From the IMG/VR virus record IMGVR_UViG_3300035109_000005, positions 1 to 60,841 of that record: a stretch of DNA of 60,841 nucleotides; one strand, 5' to 3'. The notes beneath the pieces were generated by a model that saw only the letters and a program-made list of their open reading frames with translations, was not told the DNA's origin and made no database searches. Positions 55,345 to 60,841 of this stretch are shown piece after piece. The stretch comes from a virus. Lineage: Duplodnaviria; Caudoviricetes. The position numbers and the translations under genes were made by a program. Each line of letters begins with the position of its first letter. Positions within the stretch are counted from its first letter, which is position 1.

Positions 55345-56448
55345 ATGGACAACGAAACCACCACGATCGATGGCGAGATAATCTCAAGCGAAAACGCGCC
55401 GGCCATCGCTAACCAATCGCTGGCTGTGTCACTGGCGAAGGCCGAGATCGACCAGCAAATCATGACGTCGCGCGCGCTGCCGCGCTCGATCCAAAAGGCG
55501 GTTTCCAACATCACGACGCTGGCCACGTTGGATGAAGAAACCGCCGAAGAGTGCATCTATGCGGTCCCGCGTGGTGGAAAGACCATCCGGGGTCCGTCGA
55601 TTCGCTTCGCTGAAATCGTGGCCAGCCAATGGGGGAACTGCCGCATCGGCGCCCGTGTCGTCCATGTCGACAAGACCGAGAAATACGTCGAAGCGGAGGG
55701 CGTCTTCCACGACCTCGAAACGAACGTCGCGCACACGGCGCGCGTTCGCCGCACCATTCAAGCCAAGCGCGGCAAGGGGATCGACAACGATATGATCCAG
55801 CTTGCTGGCGCTGCCGCGTGCTCGATCGCGCGCAGGAACGCTATCCTCGCCGGCATCCCCAAGGGGGTCGCTCGTCAAGGATATCTCGCCGTCGAAAAGG
55901 TCATCCGCGGGGACATAAAGACCCTGGCGGAGCGCCGCGACCGAGCGCTTGAAGCGTTCGCTCAGTTCGGGGTTAGCGCCGAGCAAATTTTTGAGGCTCT
56001 CGGCATCGGCGGGAAAAACGACATCACTCTGGACCACCTCACGACGCTTACCGGCATGCGGTCCGCGATCAAGAATGGCGAGTCCACCGTCGAGGAGATG
56101 TTCGGCAAACCCGAGCCCGCGCATAAAGTCGTGAAGAACCCGCTGGCGGATGAGCCGGCGCAAGAGACCGGCGCCCAGGCGTCGCAGGCCGCAGCGGAAG
56201 AAGCGGAGAGCGCCAGGTCGTCCGATCTCCGCGACACTGCTGCGGCCGACATTGAGACCGCGGAGGTAGGTAATGCGTTCTCTGCGCAGGCGGCGGCTCA
56301 GGAGGCCGCCGCCGACCCCGTCTTCGCCGCTGGCGTTGAGGCCGCGATGAAGGGTGCCTCTCGCAAAGCGGTCCCTGCAACCATCAAGAGCGACGAAGAG
56401 AAGGCCGCGCGCTGGCTCTCCGGTTTCGACTCCGTGCGGGGGAAATGA
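55345..56448 (+). CDS. Putative single-strand annealing protein/recombinase
   Basis: AAAGGA RBS; EIDQQI, Y..PRGGK.I.GPSIRFAE....WGN; next to a RecE-like gene; disordered acidic C-terminus. Confidence 0.6.
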   Translation: MDNETTTIDGEIISSENAPAIANQSLAVSLAKAEIDQQIMTSRALPRSIQKAVSNITTLATLDEETAEECIYAVPRGGKTIRGPSIRFAEIVASQWGNCRIGARVVHVDKTEKYVEAEGVFHDLETNVAHTARVRRTIQAKRGKGIDNDMIQLAGAAACSIARRNAILAGIPKGVARQGYLAVEKVIRGDIKTLAERRDRALEAFAQFGVSAEQIFEALGIGGKNDITLDHLTTLTGMRSAIKNGESTVEEMFGKPEPAHKVVKNPLADEPAQETGAQASQAAAEEAESARSSDLRDTAAADIETAEVGNAFSAQAAAQEAAADPVFAAGVEAAMKGASRKAVPATIKSDEEKAARWLSGFDSVRGK

Positions 56449-56696
56449 TGGCGCGCGAAAAGAGAGGAGCGTCAGGGATAAGAGCGCGCGACTTGAGCGC
56501 GCTCACTCCGACCGAAGAGAGAATCCTCGCAGCCGTTGAGGCGGCGGCAGGGTCTATCACAACCGCTGCGAAAATGGATGGCGCTTCCTACACCAGATAC
56601 CAGAAGGCCATTGACATCGTGCGCGAGAAGCTCGGCGTGCGATCGGCAAAGGAAGCGATCGCCAAATGGCGCGAGATGAAAGCGGAGGCAGCGTAG
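56445..56696 (+). CDS. Small HTH (LuxR-like) protein
   Basis: LTPTEERIL...IVREKLGVRS. Confidence 0.55.
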   Translation: MMAREKRGASGIRARDLSALTPTEERILAAVEAAAGSITTAAKMDGASYTRYQKAIDIVREKLGVRSAKEAIAKWREMKAEAA

Positions 56697-56701
56697 CGGG
56701 A

Positions 56702-56920
56702 ATGATCATCTATCTCGGCGTGATCAAGAACGGCGCCTCTCTTCTGTCTGCCGTCAAATTCGCCCCGAAGCATGGGGAGAGAGACGACCCTCTAGCGCGA
56801 AGAGAAGCGGGGAGAGCACTCGACGGTTGGCGCGCGGTCTTCCCCTTCGACCGCCTGTCCATCGAACCTCTTTCTCGCCGTGACGCGCGGGGGTGGGAAA
56901 TTGAGAATGGAGCGAAATGA
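56702..56920 (+). CDS. Hypothetical protein
   Basis: Tiling with neighbours. Confidence 0.5.
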   Translation: MIIYLGVIKNGASLLSAVKFAPKHGERDDPLARREAGRALDGWRAVFPFDRLSIEPLSRRDARGWEIENGAK

Positions 56921-57156
56921 TCATGCTTCTTCTAGACGACAAACTCATTTATTTGCCAATGAAGCCACTCTTCTCACAGGACGACTACCGCTCAGACGTC
57001 GCGCCGGAAGAAGGCGCGATCGTCGATGTCTGCGCTGAAGATGATCGCGGGCGCTACTCCGTTCCATTCCCGGTTCGTTTCAAAAACGACGATTGGTTCA
57101 ACGCCAGCACTGGGCAGCGGCTTGCGTGCTTCGTTGCAGGATGGAGAGCGCGGTGA
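56917..57156 (+). CDS. Hypothetical protein
   Basis: GGAG RBS, ATGA overlap; C-terminal VAGWR. Confidence 0.55.
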   Translation: MIMLLLDDKLIYLPMKPLFSQDDYRSDVAPEEGAIVDVCAEDDRGRYSVPFPVRFKNDDWFNASTGQRLACFVAGWRAR

Positions 57157-57950
57157 CAGCAAAGCGCCAGAAGGCGGCGAAGATCACCAAGGCCAAGGGC
57201 CGAAGCGTGAAGGAGTGGCAGGGGAAAACCCCCGACACGAAGCCGCCGCAGTCGGTTCGCCTACGCGTCTTCGATCGGCACCACGGCATTTGCCACATCA
57301 CAGGCGTGAAGATTCAGCCCGGCGACGCCTGGGAATGCGACCACATCAAGCGCCTCGAAGACGGCGGCGAAAACAGAGAGAACAACCTCGCGCCGGCGCT
57401 CAAGAAATCGCACAGCGCAAAGACCGCAGAAGAAACGAAGCGCGGGCGCAAAGCCGATCAGCAGCGCGCTCGGCACATCGGCGCTAAACCACCATCGCAA
57501 CATCCAATCCCAGCTCGAGCCAAAGAGCCAAAACCGGAGAAGGCGAAATACGGATCCGTTCCCCAATCTACCAAGACGCGTTTGCGGGAGGGTCGTTTGA
57601 AGGGACCGAAGGGCAAGACGCCAGACAGCGACGTTCCTCCGCCAGACTGGCGCGACCATCCTGAAGGTTTCGAAGACGATATTTCGAGGAATGGAACGGT
57701 GAGCCGGACAACGGCGGCTATCCAGAGGATGAGGGGTGGTGAGATGAGCGAGCAACTCGACAAACCGACACAGGCCAGCGTGCGCGCGGCGATCGATCGC
57801 GCGAGAGACAACGGCTACTGCTTCGACAATTGGTCCGACGAGCAGATCGCCGTGGACATCTGCTCATACGATTACACGCATGAGAACTGCGAGGTCGCCG
57901 ACGTCGCAAAGATCGTCGCGGAAATCCGGAGCAGCGCCGATGGCCGCTAA
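57153..57950 (+). CDS. HNH endonuclease, in frame with a probable separate small ORF starting at 57744
   Basis: VRLRVF....ICHITG.KI..GD.WECDHI..LEDGGENRENNL.P....H..KT. Confidence 0.75.
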   Translation: MTAKRQKAAKITKAKGRSVKEWQGKTPDTKPPQSVRLRVFDRHHGICHITGVKIQPGDAWECDHIKRLEDGGENRENNLAPALKKSHSAKTAEETKRGRKADQQRARHIGAKPPSQHPIPARAKEPKPEKAKYGSVPQSTKTRLREGRLKGPKGKTPDSDVPPPDWRDHPEGFEDDISRNGTVSRTTAAIQRMRGGEMSEQLDKPTQASVRAAIDRARDNGYCFDNWSDEQIAVDICSYDYTHENCEVADVAKIVAEIRSSADGR

Positions 57951-58851
57951 CAGCAAGATCGAATGGACGGACCACACGATCAACTTTTGGGTCGGGTGCA
58001 CGAAGATCAGCCCAGGTTGCGACAATTGCTATGCCGAGTCATGGGCGAAGCGCGGGGGTCATTCTGAGCTTTGGAAAGGCGATCGCCGGAAGACGAAGAC
58101 CTGGGGCGATCTGAAAAAATGGAATCGCGCGGCGCGCGAAACCGGGCGGAAGGATAAGGTCTTCGTCAATTCGCTGTCCGACTTTTTCGATAATCAGGCC
58201 GATCCGCAATGGCGAGCCGATGCTTGGGCGGCGATGCGCGAGTGCGAGAGCCTGATCTTCATTCTCGTCACCAAACGACCCGAGAACTTCAAAAAGTTCC
58301 TTCCGCAGGATTGGGGCGACGGTTATCCGAATGTTTGGTTGCTCGTCACGGCGGAAGATCAAGAGCGCGCTGACCATCGCATCCCGATCTTACTCGCCAC
58401 GCCTGCCGCCGTTCGCGGCGTGAGTATCGAGCCGATGCTTGGGTCTGTGGACCTACGCAATATCAGGCCAGACGAAACGATGAAATACGACGCCCTCGCG
58501 GGCTTCGGCGAGCATCTCCTTGGCATGAAGCAAGGAGGCGGACCGCGCCTCGGATGGGTCATTTGCGACGGAGAAAGCGGACATGGCGCGCGGCCGATGC
58601 ACCCCGACTGGGCGCGGTCTTTGCGCGATCAATGCGCGGCGGCGGGCATCCCATTTTTCTTTAAGAAGCATGGCGAGTGGATTGGCGTTCCGGACTTACG
58701 AAACCTTGAGGGCGGGTCAGGCCCTGGCTTCGGGGTCTTCGACCATTTCCCATACGACCAAGGCCACGAAGCCGTCCGCATCGGCAAATCCCGCGCCGGC
58801 CGCCTTCTCGACGGTCGTGAGCACAACGAATTCCCGGAGGCACGGTCATGA
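57940..58851 (+). CDS. DUF5131 / phage Gp37-Gp68 family radical-SAM-like protein
   Basis: SKIEWTD.T.N...GCTKISPGCDNCYA, VFVNSLSDFF, TKRPEN, SIEPMLG, GESG..ARP. Confidence 0.9.
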   Translation: MAANSKIEWTDHTINFWVGCTKISPGCDNCYAESWAKRGGHSELWKGDRRKTKTWGDLKKWNRAARETGRKDKVFVNSLSDFFDNQADPQWRADAWAAMRECESLIFILVTKRPENFKKFLPQDWGDGYPNVWLLVTAEDQERADHRIPILLATPAAVRGVSIEPMLGSVDLRNIRPDETMKYDALAGFGEHLLGMKQGGGPRLGWVICDGESGHGARPMHPDWARSLRDQCAAAGIPFFFKKHGEWIGVPDLRNLEGGSGPGFGVFDHFPYDQGHEAVRIGKSRAGRLLDGREHNEFPEARS

Positions 58852-59294
58852 CCAAAGACGAAGCGATGAAGATTGCCGACGAAGCTGGAACAAAGACTGC
58901 GTCAGATCGCAACTATGGCTGGGTGGCTGGGAGTGGAGAAGACTTAATCACGGCGGTTAGCCGAGCATACAACCGCTCCTTCCTCTTCTCTCTCAAAGCC
59001 AACGGCTGGGAGGTGAAGGCGGCTGGTCCCGCTTGCCTTCCAAAATGCTGGCGTCCGTCGAAAGAGCTTGCCGCAGCTGTGGGCTCCTACAAACGCATCA
59101 AATCCGACCTTGCCGAGTTCGACGGCGACCGGCGCGGTATTGTCGCCGCGCTCGTTGCATCCGAAAGCCGAATAGTCGCCGCACTGAACCTCAACCCCGA
59201 TGGCGACGAAGACGGTGATCGCGACTTTGCCCTTGTGCGCGCATGCGCCGAGTTGATCGTCGCCATGCTCGCCGCCGAAGGAGAAGACCAATGA
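58848..59294 (+). CDS. Hypothetical protein
   Basis: GGAGG RBS; ATGA overlap. Confidence 0.6.
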   Translation: MTKDEAMKIADEAGTKTASDRNYGWVAGSGEDLITAVSRAYNRSFLFSLKANGWEVKAAGPACLPKCWRPSKELAAAVGSYKRIKSDLAEFDGDRRGIVAALVASESRIVAALNLNPDGDEDGDRDFALVRACAELIVAMLAAEGEDQ

Positions 59295-59719
59295 GCGGAG
59301 AATACGACGAACTGGTGAAGCGGCTGCGCGCGGGAAACTTCGACACAGAGAGCATCGCAAACGAAGCCGCCGACGCGATCCGCGCCCTTACTGACAGCCG
59401 TGACGAATGGAAATCACAATGCGAGCAATGGGCGCAGAAAGCCTCAGAATGGGCTGTCGAGAAAGAACAATGGGAAGCGCGCCTAGCGGTTGTCCATAAC
59501 CGTCTGTATTTAAGCCGATCATCCTCATGCGCTGCGATAGCCCGCGCCCTCGCCGCCGAGCAATCCCGCGACGCGCTCGCGAAGGCAATACAAACCATCG
59601 TAACGACTGGGGCGCGTGACGAGAGAACGCTGCTTGGGGTGACGCAGGGTATCGTGTTGGTTGACGAGAAAGATTTCGACGCCCTCCGCTCTCTCATCGA
59701 GGCGCTCGACAATGGATGA
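59291..59719 (+). CDS. Hypothetical protein
   Basis: AAGGAG RBS; ELVKRLR...EAADAI motif common in phage early proteins. Confidence 0.65.
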   Translation: MSGEYDELVKRLRAGNFDTESIANEAADAIRALTDSRDEWKSQCEQWAQKASEWAVEKEQWEARLAVVHNRLYLSRSSSCAAIARALAAEQSRDALAKAIQTIVTTGARDERTLLGVTQGIVLVDEKDFDALRSLIEALDNG

Positions 59720-59849
59720 CCCAATTTTCAAGATCGCGCTTATCGTGGTCCTATGTGTGATTGCGGAAATTCTGCGAGACATTTTGCGCGAGTTGAAAGA
59801 AACGCGCAAGGCGATCGACAATGGAGGCGGGGATGGCGCGAAGCAGTGA
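59712..59849 (+). CDS. Small membrane peptide
   Basis: IFKIALIVVLCVIAEIL. Confidence 0.45.
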   Translation: MDDPIFKIALIVVLCVIAEILRDILRELKETRKAIDNGGGDGAKQ

Positions 59850-60147
59850 AGCAACCGAGGCGGAAGCTCACCGTATTGTCAGCGAGCACGGCCCGCGATG
59901 GTGGAACGAACACGCTCGCAGATTTCCAAATTCGAAAACCTGCGAGACAGAACTCCGTGATGAGATGGCGCGATACTGCGTGAAGGTCGCCCTCGACGCC
60001 GCCTCCGCCATCGACGGGGATTATAACGCTGGCGTCGAGGCGGCGCTTAGAATCGTGATCCAGTGCGCCTCCATGGAAGACGCCGGCTATGGACATGATT
60101 TCACCAAGCTGATCCAGGCGCTCGAAAAGCTCAAGAGGACGCCATGA
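59833..60147 (+). CDS. Hypothetical protein
   Basis: GGAGG RBS. Confidence 0.5.
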   Translation: MARSSEATEAEAHRIVSEHGPRWWNEHARRFPNSKTCETELRDEMARYCVKVALDAASAIDGDYNAGVEAALRIVIQCASMEDAGYGHDFTKLIQALEKLKRTP

Positions 60148-60344
60148 CCACAAAGCAGGATCGCATCATAGATATGCAAAAAGCGCTCAAGATCGCGCGC
60201 GAGGCTCTTGAGAAAATCAAATACGGTCACAGCCGCATTGAGAGCGCGAAGCTAGCTGAAAACGCCTTGGATGAGATGTGGCGTTTGTCGGCGAAGCAAC
60301 CGATGCAAGCTTTGTGCGGGCACGAAAGGAGGAAGACGCCATGA
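60144..60344 (+). CDS. Hypothetical protein
   Basis: GAGGA RBS; ATGA overlaps. Confidence 0.55.
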   Translation: MTTKQDRIIDMQKALKIAREALEKIKYGHSRIESAKLAENALDEMWRLSAKQPMQALCGHERRKTP

Positions 60345-60745
60345 CCAACGAAGATATTGTTCTCAACGCGCTACTCGGCGCCGGCCATGCTGATGGCGAC
60401 AATGAAATCGAAGCACTTCATCGCCTCATCTCGGCAAAAGATAAGGCTGAACGGGAAAGGGATGATGCACGCAAAGACCTCCAGTGGTATTTCGACCGCA
60501 ACAAGGTGAAGGACGAGAGGATTGACGCCCTCACCGCCGCCCTGCGCAAGGCGAGCGAGGCAATGGAGCCGTTCGCAAAGATTGGCGACATATACAACCA
60601 TCCAGAAAAAGCGAAATGCACGGATGAGATGGTTTCCGCTGCGTATAGCTTTTTCATAGGCGAATTTCGCCGCGCCTGCGCCGCCATGGCCGATGCTGAG
60701 AAAGCGCTGGGGGGCGCGCTGCCCGCTACGGAGGCGCTCTCATGA
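60341..60745 (+). CDS. Hypothetical protein
   Basis: AGGAGG RBS; EPFA motif. Confidence 0.6.
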   Translation: MTNEDIVLNALLGAGHADGDNEIEALHRLISAKDKAERERDDARKDLQWYFDRNKVKDERIDALTAALRKASEAMEPFAKIGDIYNHPEKAKCTDEMVSAAYSFFIGEFRRACAAMADAEKALGGALPATEALS

Positions 60746-60841
60746 CGCTCGCCCTTTCGATCCGCCAGCCGTGGTGCTGGGCCATCCTTCACGCCGGCAA
60801 GGACGTCGAGAACCGAGATTGGTCAACGCGCGTGCGCGGTC
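60742..60841 (+). CDS. ASCH domain protein (partial, runs off the right edge)
   Basis: ALSIRQPW.WAI...GKDVENR.W.T..RG. Confidence 0.85.
   Translation, partial: MTLALSIRQPWCWAILHAGKDVENRDWSTRVRG

Noticed and set aside
1-60841. Integrase, att sites or host genes
   Set aside because: No recombinase motifs or host housekeeping genes found; both edges cut phage genes, so integration state cannot be determined

Overview
This window is a near-complete temperate myovirus genome or prophage, probably from an alphaproteobacterial (Rhizobiales-like) host. The host call is inferred from high GC, GapR-like, NrdJ-tail and DUF6362-like genes and from promoter style. No integrase, att site or host gene is visible. 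The left 46 kb is read mostly on the minus strand: Cro and early/middle genes, three DNA methyltransferases, primase, beta clamp, helicase, terminase, portal, head, a contractile tail, baseplate, fibres and lysis genes. A cI/cro switch with TTGGA-N4-TCCAA operators sits at about 45.6-47.6 kb. A plus-strand early operon (recombination and accessory genes) runs to the right end. The standout is at 52.15-53.61 kb: a stand-alone 189-aa protein with RAMP/Cas7-like motifs and a 162-aa partner, interleaved with four intergenic arrays of 5-nt units (constant CGC triplet plus a variable dinucleotide). No cas genes or conventional CRISPR array accompany it, so it is a candidate phage RNA-guided system with a non-contiguous guide code. 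Other notable features are a two-frame overlapping C5 methyltransferase, a Nudix domain fused to the head maturation protein, one beta-rich module inserted in four virion proteins, fibre-like proteins with signal peptides and a -1 tail-chaperone frameshift. All family assignments come from motif recognition by eye, not from database searches.
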